Of a stretch of DNA of 64,000 nucleotides, positions 48,983 to 59,731 are shown piece by piece (position 1 is the stretch's first letter; the number at the start of each line of letters is the position of its first letter). A model generated the notes under the pieces. It did no database searches. It was not told where the DNA came from and was given only the letters and a program-made list of their open reading frames with translations. The DNA comes from Candidatus Bathyarchaeota archaeon. GTDB taxonomy: Archaea; Thermoproteota; Bathyarchaeia; TCS64. The stretch covers positions 39,812 through 103,811 of the forward strand of contig JASLYX010000003.1 of NCBI GenBank assembly GCA_030739585.1, in the 5' to 3' direction. Both the position numbers and the translations under genes were made by a program.

Positions 48983-49463
48983 TGGAATCAGTCCTTATTT
49001 AGTTTAGATATTTATTCTTATATCTTGCTTGATAAAAGGGCGTCAACTATAAGGATTTCACGTGGACAATAGTGGATTTGCGTGATTCTCTATCCATGGT
49101 TAGACATAATGGAAAGTATATGTTTTCTGAAAAAAGAAAACAAGGCACCTTATGTTTGAAAACAATCGATGTCTCAATTAGCCTTAGGTAGCTGCGAACA
49201 GTTTTTTCTCCTGAAAGAAGGTATCTATCCTGGGCTAATCTTTCTGATAGATGTGATTTGACAGGCGGTCTTAATCGGTTCTTCTTAACCCCAATATTAC
49301 TCGGAATTATGGTTCATCTATTGTTTATTTATTTTCCATGGTTTTATTCTTGTGCGCGTCAGGTATATCAAGAGTGATGTCAAGGTCCCATAGTTGATTC
49401 TTTCTTCTTTGAAAGGACAAATAGTAACGGAGGTTCCGTATCTGTTATAGATGAGACACCAAC

Positions 49464-50276
49464 ATGTTGATGGGGAGAATAGTTGGCGTGAAAGACAAGG
49501 TACAACTGGTGGATGTTGAGGTTAGTGACGCTGAGGTCCTTGCGGAAATATCGAAGAGGGCATTCGATACCGATATCAACATAGGGTCCCCTAGCAAAGG
49601 AGGGCCTCTAGGATACGACGACCCTGAGTATCAGGTTAAGGTCATGGAATACTTCGACTGCTACAGGATAATTCTCAACGACAAAACTGTAGGAGGGATA
49701 TATGTGGCTTCCAAGAACCCGGGACACAAGATGCTTGAGAATATCTTCGTGGACCCTAACCATCACCGGCAGGGCATAGGCACTCGAGCCATGGAGCTCG
49801 CGGCAGAGAGGTACCCGCAGGCACGGCTCTGGACCCTAGGGACCCCCGAGTGGAACATCAGGACCACCTCCTTCTACGAGAAGCTTGGATTCTCCCAGGT
49901 GGGCTGGGATCAAGGTGAACCAGAGTCCCCGAGACGATGGTATGAGAAAACGGTAGACCCTTCGCAACCCTACGAGATGACTCCGACAGGGGAGCTCAAG
50001 GATGGAATGAAAGATGTTGACGTGGAGGGGGAGATCCTAGAGAAAGGGGTGGCCCGAGAGGTGAGATCGAAGCGTAGGCGGTGGCAGACACTGTCGGTGG
50101 CTAATGCAGGGTTTGGGGACAACTTTGGAAGGATCGTGTTGGTGCTCTGGAACAAGCAGATCAAGCAGGTGAAGGTGGGAGATAGAATGCGGGTCGAGAA
50201 CGGCTACGTCACCTCCTATCGGGGCATAAAGCAGCTAAATGTGGGCAGGGCAGGAAGGCTAATTCACTTACTCTGA
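49464..50276 (+). CDS. GNAT N-acetyltransferase fused to a C-terminal SSB/RPA-type OB fold
   Basis: GNAT: IFVDPNHHRQGIG, FYEKLGF. OB fold: ELKDGMKDVDVEGEILEKG...GDNFGRIVLVLW...VKVGDRMRVENGYVTSYRGIKQLNVG. Confidence 0.85.
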   Translation: MLMGRIVGVKDKVQLVDVEVSDAEVLAEISKRAFDTDINIGSPSKGGPLGYDDPEYQVKVMEYFDCYRIILNDKTVGGIYVASKNPGHKMLENIFVDPNHHRQGIGTRAMELAAERYPQARLWTLGTPEWNIRTTSFYEKLGFSQVGWDQGEPESPRRWYEKTVDPSQPYEMTPTGELKDGMKDVDVEGEILEKGVAREVRSKRRRWQTLSVANAGFGDNFGRIVLVLWNKQIKQVKVGDRMRVENGYVTSYRGIKQLNVGRAGRLIHLL

Positions 50277-50871
50277 GTTTAAGGATCAAATAGTCTCCTC
50301 GGGTTGACCTAGCCCACGGGGCCCGGAGGGTCTTAATGCCAAGAATCATGCAACATGTTTCGGCAGGGGGTTAAGGGGGAATCTTTGCTCTATCTGATTC
50401 TATGGAAAGAGGATCAATTGTAGGCGGAGAGTTTCCCCTTCTCTCAATATTGCTCGAAGAGGTCTCGATACCACCTTAGGGCGTACTCATCCATCTAGTT
50501 GTAGTCGTAAAAGTTGAGGCGCGCGCTATGCACTAGTCAGAACCCGTGGGCCGTCCTAATGATGATTTTCCCCTAGTAGATACTGAGGAGACGCGCTCTG
50601 CATAGGTCACCATAAATAATTCTGAAGAGCCTGCCAAGGACTTAGGTCAAAGTGAGTGTGGTGAGGTTCCCCCCCATGAAGTCAAAAATAGGGAGTGTGA
50701 TCCCCCGGAAGGTCACTGATGCAACTAGCTATCTGTCTTCGCGTTGTCTAGTAAATTAAGGGGGAAAGGGTTTAGTTGTTACGGGGAGCCCGCAACCGGT
50801 TCGAGTTGGGGAGACTCGCTGCTTTAAATCTCTTGAATGGGGATTCAATATATCTAAGGCTGATCGAATTG

Positions 50872-51807
50872 GTGAGACTATCAGAAGCAGTTTCATGGGA
50901 ACATTATCCCATATCAGTAGGGGCTGCAGGTGGGCAGTTCAATTTGGCAGTTGGAAAAGTTGGCAAGGGCTCCCCCGAGGTCCTAGTCACAGCGGGCATA
51001 CATGGTGATGAAGGGCCCTGGGGTGTTTGGGCGATCCACAAGATGCTGGGGGGCGTCATCCTGGATGAGTTGAAGGGGACCCTCCGGATTGTGCCAGTAG
51101 CGAATCCCCTTGCTATGGAGGTCGATGCTAGATGCTCTCCTGTGGATGGGCTTGATCTTAACAGAACGTTCCCTGGGCGTCCCCGTGGATCCCACACTGA
51201 GAGGCTTGCTGATGCAATAACGAGGCATGCCCTAGGGGATGCAGATTCAGTCATCGATCTCCATGGAGGGGGGAGCTGGTGCGTCAACTCCTTCGCGTTT
51301 CAGTTCCCCGGCGGCGAGGATCTGGCTCAGGCGTTCCAGCCCCCTATCATTGTCGACGGAGCCCTGAGAGATTCGACCCTTACAGGTGTGGCTCGCTCCC
51401 AAGGCGCCAAAGTTACAGCCATAGAGATGGGGGGCAGGTGCGGGAACGAGGAGAAGTGGGCGGCCAGGGTCGCAAGGGGGTTGAGAAGGGCCTTAGGGGT
51501 AACGGGGGTTATGACCTCTATGCCGAAAGAGCCGGGGCTCCCTAATCCCGTTAAAGTGGGCCCATCCCGGGTTCTTAGGCCTTCCCGGGGAGGCGTCCTC
51601 TTCCCTGTAATCGGTGCTAGAACTATCGGAACCATAGTTGAAGGGGGAACAGTTTTGGGGAAGCTACTGGACCCTATTACTATGGAGACATTAGAGGTTT
51701 TCGAGGCTCCGTTCTCTGAAACGGCGGTTCTGCTCCTTAGGCCGAGGCTCGCCGTGATAGAAGAGGGAGCGATGACATATGTTGTGGCGTCACCTGAGGA
51801 GGCTTGA
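50872..51807 (+). CDS. succinylglutamate desuccinylase/aspartoacylase (M14) family protein
   Basis: AGIHGDE, DLNRTFPG, IDLHGG, IEMGG; likely GTG start at 50872. Confidence 0.85.
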   Translation: MRLSEAVSWEHYPISVGAAGGQFNLAVGKVGKGSPEVLVTAGIHGDEGPWGVWAIHKMLGGVILDELKGTLRIVPVANPLAMEVDARCSPVDGLDLNRTFPGRPRGSHTERLADAITRHALGDADSVIDLHGGGSWCVNSFAFQFPGGEDLAQAFQPPIIVDGALRDSTLTGVARSQGAKVTAIEMGGRCGNEEKWAARVARGLRRALGVTGVMTSMPKEPGLPNPVKVGPSRVLRPSRGGVLFPVIGARTIGTIVEGGTVLGKLLDPITMETLEVFEAPFSETAVLLLRPRLAVIEEGAMTYVVASPEEA

Positions 51808-52946
51808 GATTGGCGGATAAGTTGAAAGTGGGGGTCATTGGGGCTGGACGCTGGGCCAACAGAGCACACCTGCCCGGATTCACCCGGTCCCCCCTAAGTG
51901 AGGTGGTGGCCATCTGTGACATGAACCGCGGGCTGGCTGAGCAGCGGGCGAAGGAGTATGAGATACCAGATGTCTACACAGACGCCCGAGAGATGATTGG
52001 GAGAAACGACATAGACGTCATAGACGTCTGTACCCGGGGCGGTCCCGACGACCCGGACAACCACGAGAAGCTTGTTTTCACGGCTCTGGAGGCTGATAAG
52101 CATGTACTGTGTGAGAAGCCAGTGGCCCACGATTATAGAAACACCTGGAAGGCTCATAGACTGGCGGAATCAAAGGATCTGAAGACGAAAGTGGGATTCA
52201 CATTTAGGTACGCGCCTGCGATGATGTATATGATGGAGCTCATCGAGGGGGGCTTTATAGGGGAACCCTACATCTTCAACGGATTCGAGCAGAACTCCCA
52301 GTTCCTCAGCCCAGAGGAGCCCGTGACCAAGAGGGACCTCATTCCCCCCACGAAGAAGTCGGATATCAAGGTCTCGTCCCTTGAAGGCTACGGGGCCCCC
52401 ATCATCGACCTGAGCCTCTGGTTCATGGGGAGCCATCTCACCAGCGTGGTGGGGCTGCTCAAGAACTTCGTCCCCTTCCGCACAGACTACGATGGGAGCA
52501 GGGTGAGGACCAATATCGATGACGGGGACATCTACATCGGCGAGTACGAAAACGGGGCCATGTGCTCTATCCAATCAAGCTATGTTACCGTGGGGAATTA
52601 CCCGGGACTAGAGGCGCGGGCCTATGGCTCCCAGGGAGCCTTGATCTGCCGCCTGGTAGATGAGTTTGGTGTCCGCCAGACACTGCACAAGGCCACCCCG
52701 GACGCTGTGGAGTTCATCCCTGTAGAGATACCCGGCCGGCTCTTTCCCCCGGGGCACACCCCCGATGAGCCCTGGCCCTCATTGTTCTACTGCAACCTTG
52801 TCCACAATTTCAACCAGGAGATCACCTCCTGCGGCGAGGAGAATCAGGGCAACTTTGCACAGAGCGCTATGGTCCAGGAGATCATAAACGCGGTGGAAAA
52901 ATCCCACCGGGAAAGACGCTGGGTAGATCTGCCCCTCGACAGGTGA
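51804..52946 (+). CDS. Gfo/Idh/MocA oxidoreductase
   Basis: VGVIGAG, HVLCEKP, FTFRY; 4-bp overlap with the upstream gene. Confidence 0.85.
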   Translation: MRLADKLKVGVIGAGRWANRAHLPGFTRSPLSEVVAICDMNRGLAEQRAKEYEIPDVYTDAREMIGRNDIDVIDVCTRGGPDDPDNHEKLVFTALEADKHVLCEKPVAHDYRNTWKAHRLAESKDLKTKVGFTFRYAPAMMYMMELIEGGFIGEPYIFNGFEQNSQFLSPEEPVTKRDLIPPTKKSDIKVSSLEGYGAPIIDLSLWFMGSHLTSVVGLLKNFVPFRTDYDGSRVRTNIDDGDIYIGEYENGAMCSIQSSYVTVGNYPGLEARAYGSQGALICRLVDEFGVRQTLHKATPDAVEFIPVEIPGRLFPPGHTPDEPWPSLFYCNLVHNFNQEITSCGEENQGNFAQSAMVQEIINAVEKSHRERRWVDLPLDR

Positions 52947-52951
52947 CTCTT

Positions 52952-54190
52952 CTAGAACTCGACAATGCCGCCTTGCATCACCATCAGCGGGGATCTGATC
53001 CGGGTGATGTCCGCTGAGGGGTCCTCCTGAACCGCGATGATATCGGCCTCGAGGCCCACTCGGATAGTACCGAAAAGGTGATCCATCTTCATGGCTTTCG
53101 CCCCGTTTCCCGTTGCAGAGGCTATCGCCTGGATCGGAGTCAGCCCCGCATCAACCATAAGTTCCATGGTCCTTATAACCTGCGCAGAGTTCCCGAGGCC
53201 AATCCCATCTGAGCCCGCCACTACCTGCACGCCTAAACCTACCATTCGCATGAGGTTCTCAGATTTTCTCTTTATTTTATACTCGAGGCCCTCTAATATG
53301 CGCTCCTCATCTTTCGTGATTTTTTCTCCCCGATTCATCTTCCCCTGTAAGGCGTCCCTGCGTTGGGAGCCTGTCTGGAGCGTGGGATTGTAATAAAGCC
53401 CCCTCTCCGCCATGAGATTGGCGGCATCGTCGTCGAATCCTCGGGAGCCATCGGGTAGGATGAACCCGCAATGCTCGAGCACATCAACCCCTGCCCTAGC
53501 AGCGTTACCAATGGAGTCATAGGCCTCACAGTGAGCCATGGTGGTCTTCCCGAGACGATGGGACTCTTCTACGGCGACGCGCAGTTCGCCCTCGGTGAAG
53601 GACGCCTCGCTGTTGTTCGTCCCAACAGTGCCTCCGCCAGAGGCCATGATCTTGATGATGTCCACCTCCTCCTCCACGAACTGTCTCACTCTGCCCCTCA
53701 CCTCGTTGAGTCCCCGGGCCTGGTTGTCGTTGCAAAAGTGGAAGTGTCCACCCGGGACGGTGAGGGGACGCCCAGAGATAAGGAGCCTCGGGGCCTTAAT
53801 GAGCCCGCTCCTCCACGCTTCCCTCAGGTCCTTGGCTACATTGTCCCGGGCCCCGGCCTCCTTTATGGTGGTGACTCCTGCGGCGAGGGCTTTCTCGGCG
53901 TTAACGACCCCCGTTATGAGGTGGATGCCGTTACTTTCCTCCATCATAGCCATATAGCCGCCTCGGGTTCCCAAGGCGATGTGAAGATGGGAGTCGATAA
54001 GTCCTGGAAGGATGGTCCCATCCATGAAGCTCAACTCCTCAACGGTGTTTCCGCGAGGAAGCTTTACGGCGCTCTCCTCTCCCAGATCTAGGATACGTCC
54101 GTTCTTAACCACAACGACCGGGTAATCGAGGGGCTCCCCGCCGGTTCCGTCGATGAGCCTCCTTGCCCTCAGTATCTTGATGGAGTCCAT
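52952..54190 (-). CDS. amidohydrolase family protein (prolidase-like metal-dependent hydrolase)
   Basis: PGLIDSHLH, GVTT, IKIMASGG, MAHC, EHC, GSD, ADII. Confidence 0.9.
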   Translation of the reverse strand: MDSIKILRARRLIDGTGGEPLDYPVVVVKNGRILDLGEESAVKLPRGNTVEELSFMDGTILPGLIDSHLHIALGTRGGYMAMMEESNGIHLITGVVNAEKALAAGVTTIKEAGARDNVAKDLREAWRSGLIKAPRLLISGRPLTVPGGHFHFCNDNQARGLNEVRGRVRQFVEEEVDIIKIMASGGGTVGTNNSEASFTEGELRVAVEESHRLGKTTMAHCEAYDSIGNAARAGVDVLEHCGFILPDGSRGFDDDAANLMAERGLYYNPTLQTGSQRRDALQGKMNRGEKITKDEERILEGLEYKIKRKSENLMRMVGLGVQVVAGSDGIGLGNSAQVIRTMELMVDAGLTPIQAIASATGNGAKAMKMDHLFGTIRVGLEADIIAVQEDPSADITRIRSPLMVMQGGIVEF

Positions 54191-54281
54191 AGTATTCAGA
54201 ACTACGAGGTGTGTCCCACAAACTTAGCTTTTAGCATAGAGGCGCCGGCGGAGTAAAATAGATAAAGGGCATATCGGCCAA

Positions 54282-55118
54282 TTGGGTCTGGAAGGTATTA
54301 TAGTGAAATTCAGATTAGGGGATATGTCATGGATGGAGGCAGAGGATGCCTTCAAAAGAAGTGATACAGCAATCGTCCCCGTGGGCACGTTCCACGGCCA
54401 TGGCCCCACGCCAATAAGCATTGACTCCAGATCTGTGGCCTGGCTCGCGGAAAAGGTTGGGGAGAAGACCGGCCTCATCACACTGCCGTTGAGTCCCTTT
54501 GGGGAGAACGATAAACAAAAGTTCTACCCAGGTTCTATCACAATTGCCCCGAAAACATTGGAGTGTTATTACACTGACATCTTCAGGAGCCTCAAAAGGA
54601 ATGGGATCAATAGGATCATAGTCCTCAACGGCCACGGGGGGAATAGGGAGACAATCATTAGGGCCGGGAGGGCAGCTAGGGACTTCGGCATCGTGGTGGC
54701 TATCCCCGAGTGGTGGAGTATCGCAAAGGATGTGCTCCCAGAGCTCCATCCCGAGAAAGGTTCATATATGCAGGAGCTCGCCGTCTCTCTTTTCCTCAGC
54801 GGAAAGGATATAGCCGATTTCCAGAGCGCTGGGTACAAGGGGGAGTGGGGAGATAAGTACACGATGAGAGACGTCTTCGGGGAGGGGATTACCCCCGTCA
54901 CATTCAATACGTTCAAGTTCAAGGGAGGGATCATCACAGTCCCCATCCAAGCTTGGGACCTCGATGAGGAGGGCCCCCCGGAGTTGGGACCGGAAGTGGT
55001 GGATGGTCTCTACGAGAGGGGGAAGAAGATTATGGAAGGGATGGTAGATTACCTCGCCGAGTTCTCCGAGGCGTTCCAGAAAGCGGATCTCTCCAAAGCC
55101 CTGGAGTCAAGAGACTGA
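54282..55118 (+). CDS. divergent creatininase-family protein
   Basis: MSWMEAE, IVPVGTFHGHG...ID, NGHGGN; lacks the HAGxxETS motif. Confidence 0.8.
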   Translation: MGLEGIIVKFRLGDMSWMEAEDAFKRSDTAIVPVGTFHGHGPTPISIDSRSVAWLAEKVGEKTGLITLPLSPFGENDKQKFYPGSITIAPKTLECYYTDIFRSLKRNGINRIIVLNGHGGNRETIIRAGRAARDFGIVVAIPEWWSIAKDVLPELHPEKGSYMQELAVSLFLSGKDIADFQSAGYKGEWGDKYTMRDVFGEGITPVTFNTFKFKGGIITVPIQAWDLDEEGPPELGPEVVDGLYERGKKIMEGMVDYLAEFSEAFQKADLSKALESRD

Positions 55119-55643
55119 TATCCCTATTATCATAAAATTTCTCTGTCTCCACAATGGACTGGGATTTAAAAATTATCTATAAGGGATTGGTCCTTTTGCG
55201 CGCGCAACAGTTCCGCTGACCCCTCGTTAAGCCCTGAGCATCGAGGTGGCTGTCCCCATAAAGCTTGAAATCAAGAGGGGGTAGATCCACGAATCCGATG
55301 ATGATTTTCCGGGAACCCCCGGAGAACGTGAGTTCCTCAAGGACTGGTATCAGAACCATGACTTTCAGACTCCTCAAGAAGTAGGACCCAAGCCCTATTG
55401 TAATAAGAGGGGAGCTCCCTTTAGGGTGGTCCTAAGCTCCTCCACCAGGTTGCCATTTGAGATGCAACTCATAGCTAAAGCGTACGCGCCGAGCGGAGAG
55501 GGCTTTAGGAGATAGGTCTAAAGTTCGTGTAATGGACCATCAAATCGGATAAGAGAGAAAATATGCCCCTTTCCCGCTGATTTCGAGAAGTTTGTTGTAC
55601 AAGAGTTATTAAATAACGCACCAAAAAATGAAGGTGAACGTAT

Positions 55644-57248
55644 TTGTCGAATGCTAAGGTGATAAGGTGCGGGAATCTTATAGACGGCACGGGAGCGCCG
55701 GCTCTGGAGGATGCTGTCATCGTCATTGAGGGGTCCACTATCAAGACAGTTGGCATTGGATCAGACGTGAGCATACCTGAGGGCGCCCAAGTTATAGATG
55801 CCTCGGGCAAGACTGTGGTTCCCGGCTTCATTGACTCCCACGTCCACTTCTTAGGGATAGGATATAAGATTGGCCACCTCCAGCTCAGCGAAGCTGAGTC
55901 GGTAGAAGAGATAGTCGCAAACCTGGAAAAGTACATCGAATCCCGCGGTCTTCCTGAGGACAAGTGGATCCAAGGTAGAGGGTGGGATGACCAGAACCTC
56001 AATGAGAGAAGATATCCCAATAGGTACGATCTTGACGCCGTCTCACCAGACAACCCAGTAGCCCTGACTCGGGTCTGCGGACACATGATTGTCCTCAACT
56101 CTCGGGGCCTTGAGGCCTGTGGGATCAGCAAGAACACCTCTAACCCGGAGGGCGGGGTCATCGACAAAGATGACCAAGGAGAGCCTACAGGGGTCCTCAG
56201 GGATGCTCGCAGACTAGTCACCCAAGTAATACCACTCCCCTCCTATGACGAGTTGAGACAAGGGCTCAGAGACGCCTCCATGCTCGCTCACAGCCTCGGC
56301 ATTACCACGGTCCACGATGCAAGTCGCCCAGATGAGTCGGGATCCCACATGTCTACGGCACCCTATGTAGATGCAAGGGAGGAAGACGACCTCAGGATAA
56401 GAGCTCACGTGATGACAGGATATCCTCAGGAAGTGAGCGGAGACCAGTGGCTCAGCTTCGGCACGCTGAAGATAGGGATCGATGGCTCCATGGGAGCCCA
56501 GACGGCCCTTCTCTATGAGCCCTATGAGAACGACCCCTCTACCACCGGGGTCTATGTGGGAGACAAAGAGAGAAATAGAAAACTAGTAGCGGAGGCCCAT
56601 AAAAAGAAAGGGTTCATTGCTATCCACGCCATCGGGGACAGGGCCATCACCGAGGCCCTAAACCGGATCGAGGAGGTCCTCACCGCTGAGACAAGGAAAG
56701 ACCACAGATACCGGATCGAGCACTACGAGTACCCCATCAACGATGACATCAGACGGACTGTGGAGATGGGGGTGGTGGCCTCGATGCAACCTAACTTCGT
56801 GGGAGAGTGGGGCTGGCCCAATGGTATGTACGAGACCCGCCTCGGCAAGGAACGGAACCAGAGAACCAACCCCTACAACCGCCTCATGAACCTGGGCGTC
56901 CACGTATCCTTTGGCTCTGACGGCATGCCATTCCACGCCCTTTACGGCGTCTGGTCTGCGGTCAACCACCCGATAGCAAGGAATAAGATCACAGTCGAGG
57001 AGGCCATCCAGTGCTACACCCTTGAGGGAGCCTATGCGACCCGGGAGGAGCGTATCAAGGGCTCCATCGAACCTGGAAAGGTGGCGGACATCGCTATACT
57101 TGCATCGGACATAACCGGCCCGGATTTCATATTGAGTACAACAGAACCAGAGGTGATTGAGCGGGCGAAGAAGGAACAGAAGGAGACCAAAGCCTACATG
57201 ACCATCCTCAATGGTGAGATCGTCTACCGCGCGCAAAAGTATCGATAA
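55644..57248 (+). CDS. amidohydrolase 3 (YtcJ-like)
   Basis: PGFIDSHVH, GRGWD, RVCGH, KIGIDGSMG, HAIGD, RIEH, SMQP, GSD. Confidence 0.9.
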   Translation: MSNAKVIRCGNLIDGTGAPALEDAVIVIEGSTIKTVGIGSDVSIPEGAQVIDASGKTVVPGFIDSHVHFLGIGYKIGHLQLSEAESVEEIVANLEKYIESRGLPEDKWIQGRGWDDQNLNERRYPNRYDLDAVSPDNPVALTRVCGHMIVLNSRGLEACGISKNTSNPEGGVIDKDDQGEPTGVLRDARRLVTQVIPLPSYDELRQGLRDASMLAHSLGITTVHDASRPDESGSHMSTAPYVDAREEDDLRIRAHVMTGYPQEVSGDQWLSFGTLKIGIDGSMGAQTALLYEPYENDPSTTGVYVGDKERNRKLVAEAHKKKGFIAIHAIGDRAITEALNRIEEVLTAETRKDHRYRIEHYEYPINDDIRRTVEMGVVASMQPNFVGEWGWPNGMYETRLGKERNQRTNPYNRLMNLGVHVSFGSDGMPFHALYGVWSAVNHPIARNKITVEEAIQCYTLEGAYATREERIKGSIEPGKVADIAILASDITGPDFILSTTEPEVIERAKKEQKETKAYMTILNGEIVYRAQKYR

Positions 57249-57430
57249 ATAACGCAAGGAAAGAAAATAGAAACGCGCGCGTCTCTAAGGACTTTGAGGG
57301 GTAAGAAGGAGACACATGGAACTAGAAGCCTGTAAAGATAGCTCTAGAGCATTTACTGGACGTAGGGCTCGCGCAGGTTAATCTCTCCAATCAATAATAA
57401 GCACCATCACCAATGGATCAGCGTTAAACT

Positions 57431-58921
57431 ATGAAGATTATGGTTGAAAAGGCTGAATTGACTGAGTTCAAGGTCCCCCTGATCCTCCTCGGCGTGTCCA
57501 AAGAGGCGAGAGAGGACTCTTTGATAGGGGGCATCCAAGGGCCCTTAGGAAAAATGATTAAGAATGTGATCTCCCTCGGTGACTTTACGGGAAAGAAGGG
57601 AGAGACATCCCTCATCTATACCCAGGGTGCCATCCCCGCTGATAGGGTGCTCCTAGTCGGGCTAGGGGAGGGGGAAAGGATCACAATAGAGGGCATGAGA
57701 AAAACTATAGGCAGTGTCTCTAGGAGAGTGAGAGATATGGGGGTCGAAAAGCTTGGAGTGAGCCTGCCTCATATTTCCCGAGGAGTCCTAGATAAATACG
57801 AGGTTGCCGAGACCATCACGGAGGCCTTTGTCATGGGAAGCTACCAGAACATCCACTACCAGACCAAAGACTTGGACAAGTTTAAGGAGATCGAGGCACT
57901 CACGATATTCAGCCCTGATGCTGATCCCAGGGAGATTGATAAGAAGGCATCAAGTGGCAGTATAATCGGGGAGGCCGTGAACCTGTGCAGGACCCTCGCT
58001 TGGAGACCTGGGAACTATATAACCCCTACAAGGCTCGCTGAGGAAGCGGGGCGTCTAGAGGGCCTAGGAGTGAAGGTCACAGTCTTCAACAGGGCGGAGG
58101 CAGAAAAAATCGGCCTCGGCAGCTTTCTGGCGGTTGCCCAAGGCACAGAGGAGCCCCCAAAATTTATCATCATGGAGTATGGGGCCGAAAAGAAGGGCGA
58201 CACTGTGGTCCTTATCGGGAAGGGGATTACATTTGACTCAGGGGGCATCAGCCTCAAACCGGGGAGAGGGATGGAGGCGATGAAAGGGGATATGACCGGG
58301 GGCGCCGTGGTCATCGCAGCAATGGAAGCCATCGCGAGGCTCGGAATTAACCTCCATGTGGTAGGCATTGTCCCCGCCACTGATAATATGCCCAGCGGCA
58401 AGGCGCTCCATCCCGGAGACGTCGTCACCACCTATAGCGGTCAAACCTTCGAGGTTATCAGCACCGACGCCGAGGGCAGGATGATCCTCAATGATGCTCT
58501 CACCTACGCTGCTAAAAACTACGAGCCGGCAGCGATGTTCGATTTTGCCACGTTGACTGGATCAATTTCTATCGCCCTTGGAGAGCATGCCATAGGATAC
58601 TTTGCCAACGATGATACCGTGGCTGAGAGGATAGAGGAGGCTTCTAAAACCAGTGGGGAGAGGGTGTGGAGAATGCCACTATGGGAGGTTTACGACAAGC
58701 AACTTAAGAGCACTGTTGCCGACTTTAAGAATACAGGGGGCAGGCCTGGGGGAGCCATCACCGCCGCCCGGTTCCTGAATAAGTTCGTGATGGACGTTCC
58801 GTGGGTGCACATGGACATCGCCGGTGTCGACGGCCAGAAATCAAACGAAGGATATAATCCGAAGGGAAGTAAGGGCCCTGCCGTGAGGCTCATCTTGGAC
58901 GTGATCAGGAATTGGGGCTGA
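57431..58921 (+). CDS. pepA: leucyl aminopeptidase (M17)
   Basis: GKGITFDSGG, MKGDM, TDAEGR, ATLTG, HMDIAG. Confidence 0.95.
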   Translation: MKIMVEKAELTEFKVPLILLGVSKEAREDSLIGGIQGPLGKMIKNVISLGDFTGKKGETSLIYTQGAIPADRVLLVGLGEGERITIEGMRKTIGSVSRRVRDMGVEKLGVSLPHISRGVLDKYEVAETITEAFVMGSYQNIHYQTKDLDKFKEIEALTIFSPDADPREIDKKASSGSIIGEAVNLCRTLAWRPGNYITPTRLAEEAGRLEGLGVKVTVFNRAEAEKIGLGSFLAVAQGTEEPPKFIIMEYGAEKKGDTVVLIGKGITFDSGGISLKPGRGMEAMKGDMTGGAVVIAAMEAIARLGINLHVVGIVPATDNMPSGKALHPGDVVTTYSGQTFEVISTDAEGRMILNDALTYAAKNYEPAAMFDFATLTGSISIALGEHAIGYFANDDTVAERIEEASKTSGERVWRMPLWEVYDKQLKSTVADFKNTGGRPGGAITAARFLNKFVMDVPWVHMDIAGVDGQKSNEGYNPKGSKGPAVRLILDVIRNWG

Positions 58922-58957
58922 AAAACCCCGTTTTATTTAGGCTAAGACAGACTTGGC

Positions 58958-59731
58958 TTATTTCTCAGCGGCTCTATGCTCCTCTGCATTGTCCCGGGGC
59001 CGGTATCCTATAACATCCTTGCACCGGTCGATTCCCCAGAATCTCCACTTGTTGTCGGAGACCCCATAAAAGACCCCGAAGCCGATGTCCCGCTCAAGGC
59101 TCTTCCTAACCTGCTGGGCGAGATCCCTGTGGCTCTGCCAAGTGGCGTAGAACCTAACTGCTCCGAAAGGGTTGTCAATGGGACGAAGACTGCCAATCCT
59201 GAGGCAGGAAACAGATAGCCCGTGCTCCTCGCTATGAAACCTGCCTAGGGCCTCTCCGTACGCCTTGCTAACCCCATAGTGGCTGTCAGGCCTGATAAGA
59301 GACTCGTGGGTGATCAGTGGGATTGCCTCGGCGTCCACTTTGTCGTACTCCCCTTTCACGATGTGACTGTACGGGGGGTCATTCTCGTAGAGACCCGTGA
59401 CGTGGTTGGAGCTCGCGAAGACGACCCTCCTAACGCCGCTGTCGACACAGGCTTGATATACGTTACGAGTACCCATGATGTTGTTTTTGAGAGCGGACTC
59501 CCAAGGGGTAGCGACGGAGCCGTTGGCGGCTAAATGGACCACGGCATCCTGCCCCTCGAACGCTGGGAGTATAGCTTCATAGTCATAGATATCCGCTTGG
59601 AAGTGGCGGACCCCATCCATATGCCTCCTAGCGATGCCCGTCACCTCGTGGTCTCGCCTAAGGTCCGCTAGGATGATCCCGCCGATGAGGCCTGTAATCC
59701 CTGTTATGAGGACCCTTTTCACGCCTGCCAA
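58958..59731 (-). CDS. NAD-dependent epimerase/dehydratase, uronate-dehydrogenase-like
   Basis: TGITGLIG, HLAA, FASSNH, YGVSK, LRIG. Confidence 0.85.
   Translation of the reverse strand: MAGVKRVLITGITGLIGGIILADLRRDHEVTGIARRHMDGVRHFQADIYDYEAILPAFEGQDAVVHLAANGSVATPWESALKNNIMGTRNVYQACVDSGVRRVVFASSNHVTGLYENDPPYSHIVKGEYDKVDAEAIPLITHESLIRPDSHYGVSKAYGEALGRFHSEEHGLSVSCLRIGSLRPIDNPFGAVRFYATWQSHRDLAQQVRKSLERDIGFGVFYGVSDNKWRFWGIDRCKDVIGYRPRDNAEEHRAAEK

Noticed and set aside
50559-55310. 13-bp repeat ATGATGATTTTCC at 50559 and 55298, each downstream of a CG run
   Set aside because: Exact 13-mer pairs are expected by chance in 64 kb, and the spacing to the CG run differs.
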